Shown here piece by piece: positions 37,563-49,296 of a stretch of DNA of 64,000 bases. The notes under the pieces are model-generated. The model saw nothing but the letters and a program-made list of their open reading frames with translations, made no database searches and was not told the origin of the DNA. Every line of letters starts with the position of its first letter. Within the stretch, counting starts at the first letter, position 1. Source of the stretch: Tubiluchus corallicola (taxonomy: Eukaryota > Animalia > Priapulida); the NCBI GenBank assembly GCA_030141605.1, contig JAQGDQ010000068.1, forward strand, positions 434,001-498,000. The letters are read 5' to 3'. The translations under genes were made by a program, and so were the position numbers.

Positions 37563-37574
37563 TAATAGTCAACA

Positions 37575-39360
37575 TAGCATTAACAAATGATGTGACAGCT
37601 AAGAGAGACAGGGTGGCGAAAAGACCGAAAGGCCATCAAGTCTACCACTCTTCTACTAAGTTTATTACAAAACTCTACTTAGATTAGCACTGTGAGCTAT
37701 CTAAATTAAACGTTAAAGATTTAAGTGTTATTAATTATATTCAATCTAAAGGCTAAAGCATTATTCTTGTATAGCAGCAGTTGTTAATTAGTAGCACATG
37801 CATATGTTATGCTTGCATAGCTGGATTAGTCAGTATTATGTGAAAATAATTTTAAGTTACAAATTAAAATTTAATCAACATTTTGTCACATAGCGTAACT
37901 GTTAATTGATACTGACCACTTGCAGCCATAAGCATAGCGAGGACATACACCACTTACCACAGGTTTGACTATAAGTGTTTCACTAAATTCACATCTGCAA
38001 ACTGAATAACCATTCACGTATAATGTAATTCCATAAGGACATTTTCAGTATTTTATCTCAAATCTTAAGCTTCTGGAAATATTAACAAACACAATTATCA
38101 GGATGTGAAATGATTAACGAGCATAGAATTATAAATCAAATTATAGGTTAAGATGATCATTAATAAATGTAGCAAAAATTAATTCAAAAAAGAATTAATG
38201 CTCATTAATATTTGGAAATTATTTTAGTACGATATTTTTACTGCTATTTTTAAAGATGGAGAAGATCTAATAGAAGATTCAAGGCTATTCCTCAACATGG
38301 CACCCAAAAATTGCAAGGAATTTAAACCATAAAATGTTGAACATCGTTGCTGGAAATAGTGCCCCCTAGTAGCTGCTCTAGTAATATACGAGTGTGAATC
38401 TCTAATTAGTGTAAAGTAGCTAGCATACAAGAACGGCAACATATTATTTTCATACTTGTACATAAACTTCAACAGCTCTACTGCATAAATATCTTTTAAT
38501 TTAAGAACACCAAGGGAAATATACGAGGGTGTGGCAGGATCACGTATTTTTTCAAACGTCATTAGTTTAACAATTTTTTTATGTACAGTATTTAACATAT
38601 AGAAGTGAGTAATTTTGGCTTTCCCCAGAATAGAATGCAATATTTTATGTAGGGATAAACAAGTGCATGGTATATGAGTTTTAATGTGTTTCTGTCAATA
38701 TAGTGTCGGGGTTTAGCAATAATACCAGCAGTTTTACTCAGTTTACTTGTAATTATATTAATGTGGGATTTCTATTTCATGTCTGTATCAGTGTAAAGCC
38801 TTAAATATTTTATGCTAGGCACTTGCTCTATTTTGTGGTTATTAATTTTAATAGTAACCTGTGGTGTATCTTGATTTTTTTTTACTAATGATCGTGAACT
38901 TAGTTTTAGAGGTATTGACTGACAGCTTATTAGCCTTCATCCACTCACTGATTTTTGACAACTCTGTATTAGTTCGAGCTTCTAAATTTTGTATGTTGGT
39001 GTCCAAAATAAAAAGGTTTGTATCATCTGCAAATAAACGGGTTTCAAAGTTAGAAACTGAAGGTAGATCATTTATATATATATATATAAGGAAAAGCAAA
39101 GGTCCTATGGTAGAACCCTGTGGGACTCCACAATTTATATTGATAACTCTGATGATGAATTATGGACTATGGTAAACTGTTTACGTTTCGAAAGGTATGA
39201 CTGCAGCAGTTTCAGTACAATGCCTCTAATACCATAGTGCCTTAGTTTTGGAAGAAGAATATCATGTTGAACAGTATCAAAGGCTTTTGAAAGATCGAGA
39301 AATATAGCACAAGTTGTAGTATTTTTATCTAAAGATTTTGACATATTTTCAATAAAGTTA
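37575..39360 (-). mobile_element. 5'-truncated, degenerate CR1-group LINE (RT to 3' UTR)
   Basis: AIFLDLSKAFDTVQHDILL..KLRHYGIRG, CGVPQGSTIGPLLFLIY..INDLP, LFADDT, WMKANKLSVNTSKTK and C-terminal HSYITR across frameshifts; 3' stem-loop GGTAGACTTGATGGCCTTTCGGTCTTTTCGCCACC at ~37614-37648. Confidence 0.85.
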
Positions 39361-40649
39361 GTTCAGCCTTGAGACTTTTGTATTTTGTTAGGCGCCGTTT
39401 AGCGGTTTAGGTACTTGCCCACTAACCACGCTTTATTAATACGTGCTGCAGTTTAAAGCAAAACCGGACCCAGTCTTAAACTGTAGGTCAAAACAATCTA
39501 TTCTTTAAAATATTGAAAGAAAACATGCTATTTTTTTCAAAAATGACTTACGTGAAAGAATTATTGCCACACAAACACAGTTTCGTGTTCGTGCCACTAG
39601 TTCTTTGCTGTTGCATACATTTTGCCATACGCTAGTAAGATGGGCACTTTTTATCTAACTTGAAAATCGGGATGAAAAATCATCCTCTCTTTCTTTAAAT
39701 AACTAAATGATTCTCAGTTTAAAATTGTTTATAACACTTAGATGTTTTGTTTTTTTTATAGCTGAGCTTACGAGTTACGTATTAGGCATTCATCAAATTA
39801 CATGATGTCTGCTTCACAAAATCAAAAGTTTTAGCTGAACTTTTGTGTTTGGACCATTTCTGCAGCTTGAAAAATGTTTGTGAAAGAGAAGGGGGAAAGA
39901 AACGAGTTATGACGCATTTTTCTCAGAAAAACATTGCATTTGTGGTAAAAATAGTAGATAGGCAGGTAGTAATCCTGTGAAAATTTTCTGTAGCACTTTT
40001 ACTGCTTAAAGTATTTGCTGCCCAAGTGTAATCGGCCTAAGTGTCCACTGCCTAAATGTCCACTACCCAAGTACTACTATGCAAGTGACCTAGAGCCAAG
40101 ACTCCAAGAAGAACTGAGTGGCAAAAGTAATGAGAAACTGTTTATGACAAAATCGTAATGGAAGGAATTTGCTATGGTATTCGAACAACTTGTGACTGCA
40201 CCGGGAGACAGATAAGAAATACAATTAGCCTTGGCTCCGCAACTCAAGGTCAAAGGTCGATAGGCAGTTGCATGGGTCCTTACCTGGATTGTACGCCCTG
40301 CGAGTTTCTTGACTCTAGCTTGCACTTATTGAGTTTGCCTCATTTTCGGGCAATGGAGGCCCTGCTAGTCATAGGCCCCACTCTTTCGATAAAGGAACTC
40401 AGATTTCTGTCACAATGCTAACTAACCATACAGAATAAAAGATAAAAACAAAAAAGTTGGACACCTCAATAAATAACAAGTTTGGTGCACCACTGCAACA
40501 AATTCTGCAATTGATTCCAAAACCACAAACAAATTTGCTTTACGACTATATAAATTTGGTGGCTGTGTACTTTTCCATTCAAATATTGCACACAATCATG
40601 GAAAGATGCACTCGACCTTGAACTTTCACCTAAAGCCAATGATAAAAAA

Positions 40650-40779
40650 TGTCTGGGACCCAACTGCTGGAGTCCAAATTGTCTGGGACCCAAATACTAG
40701 GCTCAGCATATCTTGGGCCCATATTGTCTGGGAGCAAATGCTATAGCTTAATTGTCTGTGGCCCAAGTGTCCTAGAATC
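40650..40779. repeat. ~15-bp degenerate minisatellite (TGTCTGGGACCCAAA-like), probably a MITE arm
   Basis: About eight degenerate units; a similar-period array lies at 40015-40075. Confidence 0.5.
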
Positions 40780-41309
40780 TGTTGCAAGTGGTAAGTGTTA
40801 ATCTAAAATGTGGTAAGGGTGCCAATCAGACTGGAAGGAATCCTAAAACTTGGGACAGTTTATCTTTCGCCAATCCTGTAAATATTCTTAAACTGGTAGG
40901 TCTACTTGCAATTGAAGTAGATTGGTTTCGCAAATTATACAAATAAGCAAATAGGCTAGTGACATTGGTGTCAATTGATATATCTTAAAATCAATAGTTT
41001 GTGGTTTCTAGCATTTCTCTTAGTTTAGTTTCTTAGGTTGTGAAGCTAAAGCTAACACTATAGGACAACTTACTATATAATTTTGCTGTGTAATTGTAGT
41101 TAGAAATATGAAATCAAACAGTATTTTTAAGATTAATGAGTAGCCGATATTTTATACAAAAAATGGCTTGTCATTGAAATGACTATTGACTGCCCAGTAG
41201 GAACTCCTTCAGTTTGCTGTTGTCTATAATCATATTTTTTTGTTTATTCATAGTAGAGTTATTCTAGATTCATGTTGCTTAATTATTAAAGATTTTTTCT
41301 ACTTATTAG

Positions 41310-41564
41310 ATGCCTGATCAAAAGAAGGCTTTTCAAGAAGTATTGCCCAAGCAAGGTCTTGTCTACCAAGAAAATACGCCAAAACTTGTACTATGCAAAC
41401 CTAAGTTGCTCCCACTTAAGTCAGTTACCCTTGAAAAACTAGAGAAAATGCAGCATGATGCACAAGAAAAGATTCTTAAACAGCAAGAAGAAGAAGAAGA
41501 AGCTGTCAAACTTGCTGCTGAAACAGAAGTTACAGGACAAATCGATCGACTCACTTTGGAATAA
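41310..41564 (+). CDS. BBIP1: BBSome-interacting protein 1 (BBIP10/BBS18)
   Basis: FQEVLPKQG...[22 protein letters not shown] closely matches the BBIP1 signature as recalled (FREVLPKQG...[21 protein letters not shown]); pyrimidine tract + AG immediately precede the ATG; AATAAA overlaps the stop. Confidence 0.9.
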   Translation: MPDQKKAFQEVLPKQGLVYQENTPKLVLCKPKLLPLKSVTLEKLEKMQHDAQEKILKQQEEEEEAVKLAAETEVTGQIDRLTLE

Positions 41565-41709
41565 ACAGTTGTTGTAAAAATTTCCTGTTTAGATGTCTGA
41601 TTTCCAAGGTTTTGGCATCATACTAATAGCTTGTATTAGCAAAAGGAGCACCTTAACCTCAGTGTATTCTCTGCAATCTTTGTTATAAGTTTTCTTAATT
41701 TGAAAAGCA

Positions 41710-42288
41710 ATGCCAACATTCCCTTTAGTCCTGTTTGTATTTAGTGGTAAGAGAAAGTCTGGCAAGGACTATGTGACTGACAAATTATTTAATCATTTTT
41801 CACACAATCAGTGTGTCATTCTTAGATTGTCTCAGCCCTTAAAAGCACAATATGCAAAGGACCATAATTTGAATATCAACCAACTCTTGGATGCTACAAC
41901 TTACAAGGAGAAATATCGAGCAGATATGATCAAATGGGGAGAGGCTATGAGACAGAAAGATCCAGATTATTTTTGCAGGTTGGCAATATCACAAAACAAT
42001 GCTGCTAACTACCCCATTTGGATTGTGAGTGATGCTAGACGACCAACTGATGTAAGTTATTTTAAGCAGAATTATCCTAGTCAGACCATTCTGGTGAGAG
42101 TTGTTGCTGACGAGACTGCAAGGTGGGCAAGAGGGTGGAAATTTGTTGCCGGCATAGATGATGCAAGCTCTGAATGTGCTTTGGATGAGGGTATTGACTA
42201 TGACATTGTAATAAACAATAGTGGTGACGAGGCAGCACTCAACACAGCTTTGGATAAGCTCTGCCAACAGGCGCAAACAAGTATGTAA
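41710..42288 (+). CDS. PMVK: Phosphomevalonate kinase, animal (NMP-kinase fold) type, single coding exon
   Basis: P-loop FSGKRKSGKDYV, LRLSQPLKAQYA, YKEKYRADMIKWGE, DPDYFCR, WIVSDARR, RGWKFVAGIDDASSECALD; 192 aa. Confidence 0.93.
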   Translation: MPTFPLVLFVFSGKRKSGKDYVTDKLFNHFSHNQCVILRLSQPLKAQYAKDHNLNINQLLDATTYKEKYRADMIKWGEAMRQKDPDYFCRLAISQNNAANYPIWIVSDARRPTDVSYFKQNYPSQTILVRVVADETARWARGWKFVAGIDDASSECALDEGIDYDIVINNSGDEAALNTALDKLCQQAQTSM

Positions 42289-42558
42289 TATTATTATGCA
42301 ATACATTTCATTAATTTGACTGAAAAAAATTTAACTGCTTAAATGATTTAATTTTAAGATGACAGACTGTATTTGTTGTGCAATTGGCTTCAGTTGCATT
42401 TAACAAAGTTTTGTGTGACCTCAATAATTCAATGCTGCTTTGTAACGTTGGGCTGCAAGTGTGACATGGGGTTTTTAACACTTTGTCTTTTCTTCAGTTA
42501 ACTTCATTACTAGCTGTGTTTCCTTTAAGCTAACTACATTATAAATTCTGCTTTGTAG

Positions 42559-42638
42559 AATTGAGACAGCACAACTCAGAGTTCAAACAAAGAAATGAAA
42601 ATGACACAGTACAAACTCCCATGATTCCTAGCAAACAG
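42559..42638 (+). CDS. SFR1: SFR1 (Swi5-dependent recombination repair protein 1 / Mei5) first recognisable exon; model join(42559 or ATG 42621..42638, 43310..43735, 44244..44429)
   Basis: Acceptor TTTGTAG ending 42558, donor CAG|GTAAT at 42638; open in frame with the next exon (…TPMIPSKQ|ISTKLKEKLK). True start uncertain. Confidence 0.6.
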
Positions 42639-43309
42639 GTAATTTATTATTAGAAATTGTTAACACTTAAGAATAAACAACAATTTCGTGTTTTCCTTAA
42701 AGTTTGTTAACAGTAATTAGGGTATGTTTGATGTGTAGAACAAGCAGGTTCACAAATCAGTATAGTACTTTGAAATTCACATAAATTTTGCTTTCTATGT
42801 GTAATTTTACGATCTTGTGCTTAAAACGTTACTTCTAACTTTTGTTATTCTTTCATTTTCTATGCATACGCTATGTAAGCTTATAACTGTTTTGCAATGC
42901 CTTCATAATTCTTTCCCATTTCATTAACTTTTGTATTAGAATCTTTTAGCACCAGACTTCAATAACGAATTTAGTTTTCATATCTCATATTAGCTATAGT
43001 AGTTCAGATGTGCAGCTGGTAAAATTGACTGATGCATGTAGAAAGCTGCTTGTGTTTGTTCTAAACTTAGAAATGAAATCAGTGAAGAACATTGCTATTA
43101 TCAGGTAACTAAGTGAGACCCAAGACGAGACCTCATGGAATGTCTGTTATCTGTAGGCTTTCATCGTTTCGGCATCTTTTAGCTAACGTTTTTATCATGC
43201 GTTGAAAACAATGCTATGGATTTTTCTTTTTTAGATTTTTACTGTACTTCATGTATCACTTAGAATTTATGTTTGGGTTTTTATAACACAGTTGTTTAAA
43301 AACTTTTAG

Positions 43310-43735
43310 ATAAGTACCAAGCTAAAGGAAAAGCTGAAGCACAGTGGTCGAGCTTACAGATCAGCAGCTACAACCACAAGTACCCAAGATGGCACAAAGC
43401 CCAAAGTTTTAACACCATTCAGACCTGTCAGATGTGTAAGGACATTCAATGAATCAAAAAAGACCTTGTTTGCAAGCAATTTGCAAGAAGGTGGCTCAGA
43501 CTTTAAGGATGGGGCATATTCACCAAAAAGCAAACGTCAAAAGATAAGCGATTCCTATTCCAAAGATGTGCGCACAAAAGTAATTCCAAATGTAACTAGT
43601 ACAGATTCTTTGTCAGCGAAGGAATCAGCTGTTAGTAGCAAAGAAATTAATGAAATTATTGCGCTTCGCACAGAAATTGCAGGGAAAACAGAAGTACTTC
43701 GAAAACTTAACTTGGTAAAAACATACAAAAAAAAG
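43310..43735 (+). CDS. SFR1: SFR1 middle exon
   Basis: TTTTAG acceptor, AAG|GTAAT donor, 142 codons, phase 0/0; ISTKLKEKLK (cf. MSATLRERL) and EVLRKLNLVKTYKKK (cf. LRRLKLVKMYRSK). Confidence 0.8.
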
Positions 43736-44243
43736 GTAATTTAAAAAGCAGAATTGTTTGTTATGCTGTAAAATGTTAGTAATTTCATTTATTTAGTGGA
43801 TTTATTGCTTTCAACTACAGTAAACTATGTATAACTCAAACTGTTTGCCAGACATCCCTCGAGCAAAGGTTTTCGCAGACCTATCAGCAGTTATTATCTA
43901 TATAAAACTGTACAGGTTTCTTGATTATCACAGTGATATTATTCCAAGTATGCTGACTTAGTTTCAAGTCAATGGATCAAAATAAATTGGCAATTGTAAA
44001 TGCCATGTGACTTTAGTTACAGTTGTGAACAAAGCAGTGGTATGTAAATATATAAACTCTCTGAAAAACAAGTTTGACTTTTAAAAATTCAGTGCAGAAT
44101 TCATTACTTCAGTGAAGTTATATACTGACTTTTTACGGAAATTAGCCCTTCAATAATGTATTTAATTATTAAACATACATGTAATATGTGTGGGCAGTGT
44201 TTCTTTTGCTAAACCTGAATAAATTTTTCTGGTGATTTTCTAG

Positions 44244-44429
44244 AACAAGTTGGAAAAGTTGGATGAACTTATCAAAAAGTGGACCAATGCCAATCAGGAG
44301 ATGCTTAAGACATTGCTGCAACATGCCAGAGAGCCCAAACCTACTATGGTCCAATTATTGGAACAGCTACAAATACCAGCAGACCTGATGCATTACAATG
44401 AGGACGATGAATGCTTTGAATCACTGTAA
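44244..44429 (+). CDS. SFR1: SFR1 last exon (conserved Mei5/Sfr1 C-terminal domain)
   Basis: TTTTCTAG acceptor; NKLEKLDELIKKWTNANQEMLKTL...TMVQLLEQLQIPADLMHYNEDDECFESL* matches the SFR1 LIKKW...LxQL...LHYN...F pattern. Confidence 0.85.
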   Translation, partial: NKLEKLDELIKKWTNANQEMLKTLLQHAREPKPTMVQLLEQLQIPADLMHYNEDDECFESL

Positions 44430-46390
44430 ATGTAACAGTGTGTTAAATAAGCATTTGTGCCAGGCCATGCCACTAAATGGAGCAAGCTAACATATTAAAA
44501 GTGAATTCCAGTTCACTGAAGGTTTGTCCAGTTTAGGAACTCATTGTAGCTAAGAGCCTCATCGCTCTAATCAACAGAAACTGCTACCGCTGCATCTGTA
44601 ACTCAGCTATTGAGATCTGAACTGTGTCAGTACTGTAAAAAAAGCAAAAACAACGAGTAAATCTGTTTTTTGAGTTGCTGAAATATAGAGATGGGCATGT
44701 TAAATTAATATAATTAATATAACAACTGCATCCAGATGAAAGCTTTAGCATATGATTGATAAAAGCTGCTTTAAGGTATCCAAAATGTTCCGTCATTGAC
44801 AGCTACGGGACCACAACTGTTGAGGTCACCAAAGTCTGTAAAAATAGGTACAGTGATCTGCTTACAACGTGGTTCCCACCAAACTGTACTCACTACAACT
44901 GAGTTTCGTTATAGTCGAGGTTAATTGTTTAAGTGGATGTACAAGACAGAAATGAAGCCTACTCGATGGATATGATACAATAATGAAAAGAGCACTTTCT
45001 TTTGAAACTTAGTAAGTGCCACTGTTAAGCGACTATTTTATCGCAGAGTAAACTTATAGTGCTTAAATACTGTTGTATCTAGGATTAACCCAGGATAATC
45101 TATGCAATAAATTTCTGTGTAAAACCACTTGTAAGTTACTTTTCTAAACCACTGCTGGGATTCATTCGTGATGGTGTCTGCTGACAACTGAGTGTGCTTT
45201 ACATGCGTGTTATTTATTCTTGCTTAAATGCCTGAATGCACAAGACCTGGATGTAGTTAGCTGTGCGGGAAACATGACTGGTTTTTATTTAATTCGCACA
45301 TTACGGACACAGTAAAATTTTTATGATTATAAAGCATTTTGCCATTGGCCTAGGCACCTAACAGCAAAGTTTTTGATCAGCTATCTATGTTATTTAGCAT
45401 AAAATCACAGCTACATGGAAGCAAAGCTGCACAGTGCACGTCACCCACAAGAACATCAGCAGATCTGCATATGCTGTTCTTGTTACATTGTTAATTATAA
45501 TTCCCGTAGTACAGAGTGACTTTTTTGTCCTGATGGTGTTATAACGCATACTGCTAGCCTGCAAAATATTGTTTAAGAACTCACGCTCGTCATATGCCAG
45601 GAAGTACAATCACATGGCAGTAAAATTCCCTCATAATAAAAAACTTGTAACGTCAGAATGCAAGCAAGAGTTAAGTATATTACGTAAGCCTAACATTTGA
45701 TGGGACTTTCAAAATTCATGCGTAATAGCCAAAGGCTCATTATAAATGGATTATGCTATATTAGAAACTTGTTGATGTGAACTTTTTTCAATTCTTACTA
45801 ATAAAAAGTTTGCAATAAATCATCTTTGAATTTTGTATGCAGAATGTGTTGGCACAGTTGTAAACTTACAATTAGGCATTTTTCAAATTAAATAGATTAA
45901 TGTGGTGTTAGGTACTCTCCCTGAGACTGTGATATGTGGTAAATGCACTGCCGTCCCTCATACTGGATGCCATCTACATTGTTGCAATGTGAGATCATAC
46001 CAGAACGTGGTACATGCAATTCCGGCAGTGAAAAAAGTGATTATCTTAAAGAACTGATTAAAATTAGCATTTATCATAACCAAAGAGCATTGAGTAATTT
46101 ATTTGTAACTACTTTCGTGTATTTTGGATCTGTCGATCCTCTAAGTCTTTTAGCCACTAGTAAAATTCACAAAACTTTTACAAAGAAAACAAAATAGGAT
46201 TTTTTAAAATTAATAATGGCATCTTCATCATTATTGCCATCATTGTCGTTCTCATCATCATCAGAGTCACTATCGTCATTATTTTTTACCAGCAACAACA
46301 TTGATGGCAAAGGTGTAAGTCGGCAACAACAAATAACAGCATTTGGAATGCACACCATAACTGTACAGGGAGTTACAGCAAAAGATGACC

Positions 46391-46624
46391 TAAAGTAGCG
46401 TTCGTCTACATAGCACCCGGATGCATATGCGGAAGCGTTTTCCACCTGTGCAACAGCCTGCAGAATAGTCTGTGGAAAAAAATCAAAAGAAATTGCTGCA
46501 GAAAAAGAATAATGCATACGCAGGCTGCATAAATGAGTGTATTGAAACGATATAAACCGATTTTATCTATTCCACACACCCCCCAAACGCATCCGCATAC
46601 GGATACTACGTAAATGCCACTTTA
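46391..46624. mobile_element. Small MITE with imperfect TIRs (PIF/Harbinger-like, tentative)
   Basis: TAAAGTAGCGTT...TATGCGGAAGCGTTT (46391-46440) versus AAACGCATCCGCATA...AATGCCACTTTA (46585-46624). Confidence 0.45.
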
Positions 46625-47023
46625 GTATCAATCAGTTTAAAGCCAGCTTTTCTTAGCAACTAACGATAGAAACAGAAACAAAATCTGTTTACCATATGCG
46701 TTAATTTGTCCAGGGACATATTTGAACAGCAAAATGGCAATTATAACAGCAACGCGGCTACAAGTATATGACAAAATCCATCCACAAACATGGTACAACA
46801 GCATTTTTTTCTTTATGGTATCTAGGTATCGAATTTTCTCTAGCTATCAAGCTAACTTAGACACCCGAAAGTAATTGTAATAATGCACACCCAAAAACTA
46901 CAAATCTATACATATGTCAAAAAACAAAACAGTCAGTTCTTCTGAACTTATACATATTAACAGTAGTTTAACTATGTTTAAAAGTGTACAAAAATATACA
47001 AATAATTGCCTAGATGAAATGTC

Positions 47024-47112
47024 CTACAAGATTCGATATTTTGGATAAAGTGGATCGCAGATTCTGTGGTCCAGGATGTAAGAAGGTTGTCTATTAGCAA
47101 ATGGCATAAAAC
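47024..47112 (-). CDS. MRPS18C: Mitochondrial ribosomal protein S18C, exon 5 (last); model join(61545..61473, 58848..58721, 49209..49126, 48503..48377, 47112..47024), ~166 aa
   Basis: TTTTTCTAG acceptor, phase 1; (G)FMPFANRQPSYILDHRICDPLYPKYRIL* (cf. GFMPVTYKDPAYLKDPKVC). Confidence 0.85.
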
Positions 47113-48376
47113 CTAGAAAAAGAATACAAGCAAAACATACAAAGAAATCATCTAATTTTGCAGTACTAAAAGGGCAGCAAGAAGGCCATAATGCTATGCA
47201 CTTTATTTCTTAAACAGTGACACATTTTTGCGACTACTACCACATCTAACTCACTTTTATTAACTTGCCAATATAGTTTTTGGTAAACAAAAATCGTAAC
47301 TTGTTCAGAGAATGTAGTACAAGGTTAGGTCACATTAGTAGCACAGGATGGCATTGCACAATTCCTAATGCTGACAACTAATTATTTTAATATGTAATTA
47401 AGTTTAATAGTATAATGCAACCTCTTAGCAATTGATACAAAATAGCTCAATTGTGTTTTAGGTAGTGAAAATAGTGTTAATAAATTGTTCAATGCAAGTC
47501 AAAATAGACAGCAACAACCATTGGCAAAGTGTAAAGAGGATGTAAAGCTTGTTGAGTACATGGCTCCTTAAATTGGAAGTCACAGCAGAAAGTCTTAATG
47601 TAACGTTTTTCAAGCCTTCTAATTTAATACTAAGGCAGCATTAAAGTCTGGTGACTAACGGTAATTGCAAACATAACTTTCTTTGACCTGCTAAAGCTAT
47701 TCCTAAATTATTAAGCCATCTTGATACATAGAAAGTGGATGCTGATGGTAATGATGACGGTGATGACAGTAATAATAACAATGGCAGAAAGATGGCAGTC
47801 ATATAAAGGAGTGAATGAGGAAATGTCACTGTCTTTAGTTAAAAGAAATGAAAAAATAATCCTATGTGATGTTCCTTTTGATCAATAATAAATGAAAAAC
47901 TGAGTTAAATGACATCAACAAGGACAAAAGCAAGCTGTTATTTATGATATGCATTTTTAACCATTTTCCCCAAGTTTAACATTAAAGCCCAGTTAAACAA
48001 CAAAAATATTGATTGTAATACAATTGTGCACTTGTACAATTTTAACTACGGAAATATCATTAAGTGGTATCTGCCTGATTGGAATGAAATTAAGATCACT
48101 TTTCTCTGCACAGTCCTGAATACGCAAAAGACAATCATGTTAGAAACTGGAACCCATGTGGACAAGACTGCTAAATTCAAATTAAAAACTTGCTGATGCT
48201 AAATATGAATAAAATTTGTTAAAATTGACATGTAAGGATTGTGTACCTCACCCAGGTTAAGAAATTGGCTGATGTTTGTTGCAACGTATAGATGCTCACT
48301 GTACAAGTGCTACAGAACCTAATGACTTAATGCATTGTAGACAACAAAACTTCTGAGTGAGTTTATAAAAACTTAC

Positions 48377-48503
48377 CACTTTTTCGAGATCGACGTATGC
48401 TTTTGACTAGCTTATCGTACTGATATTTGCAAAGACCAGCGACACTTTGGCTTACTATTTCACCAGTATATGGACTGACAAATTGGCTAAGTAACCGGAC
48501 ATT
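48377..48503 (-). CDS. MRPS18C: MRPS18C exon 4
   Basis: NVRLLSQFVSPYTGEI...GLCKYQYDKLVKSIRRSRKSG is the S18 core; TTTCAG acceptor, G|GTAAGT donor; 127 nt, phase 0/1. Confidence 0.9.
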
Positions 48504-49125
48504 CTGAAAAAAAAGCTCAATCATTTACAGATGACCATGGGTTTCCATCTTTCACACCTCGTACATAACATGACACAAGTGCTATTACAACCAGCATGAT
48601 AAAATATTATCATTTGGGATGTCTTGTTGTTTGTTAGGTGAGAGGCATTTGACTTTCAGTAATGTAGCAGTAATCAGTACAGGCATTTTTTGCGGATTTA
48701 TTAATTTTGATTTGTTATACTGGGCAACTTATTTATTTTTTATTCGCAATGAAAGCTGAAATTTGGTACATAACATTGATATTCTTGTGGCAAGAGACCG
48801 CTGGAGCTTGGTGCATTATGAAGAATAGGGCTCTGAGATGAATCGCTGAATGGCAGAAGTTTCTTAGTCAAATCCGAATGTATATACATCCTCTCTCTCT
48901 ATGAGGTAAATAGCCATAATCAGTGTGGTGAATGAACACCCAGAGCAAGTATCGAATCTAGGCTGTTATCAGCCAATTACGCAAAGCATACGTATTTGAC
49001 CACTCGAGCATTTAGCCAAACTCACAGTTTATGTCAAGATGAAAAACAGTGAAATGAATAGATGAACTGAATTCCACTAAAAATACCTTTGTAGCTGATG
49101 ATAAAAAGACATGCAAAAAGCTTAC

Positions 49126-49209
49126 CTTGTAATCAGTTTCAATTTTGTATTTGCACAGTACGCAGACTGCTTTCTCTTTTTTGTAGGGATTGTCCATGTC
49201 AGAAATAGG
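49126..49209 (-). CDS. MRPS18C: MRPS18C exon 3
   Basis: PISDMDNPYKKEKAVCVLCKYKIETDYK (cf. PISMENPYK...CILC...DYK); TTTCAG acceptor, AAG|GTAAGC donor; 84 nt. Confidence 0.9.
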
Positions 49210-49240
49210 CTGAAAGAAAAATGATAATGTATATTACAGC

Positions 49241-49265
49241 CACACACGCACGCACGCACGCACGC

Positions 49266-49292
<27 letters not shown>
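49241..49292. repeat. (GCAC)n/(CA)n microsatellite
   Basis: Direct observation. Confidence 0.9.

Positions 49293-49296
<4 letters not shown>

Noticed and set aside
40015-40779. Short periodic repeats as a CRISPR-like array
   Set aside because: Units are contiguous degenerate ~15-mers without unique spacers, in a eukaryotic context with no cas genes.
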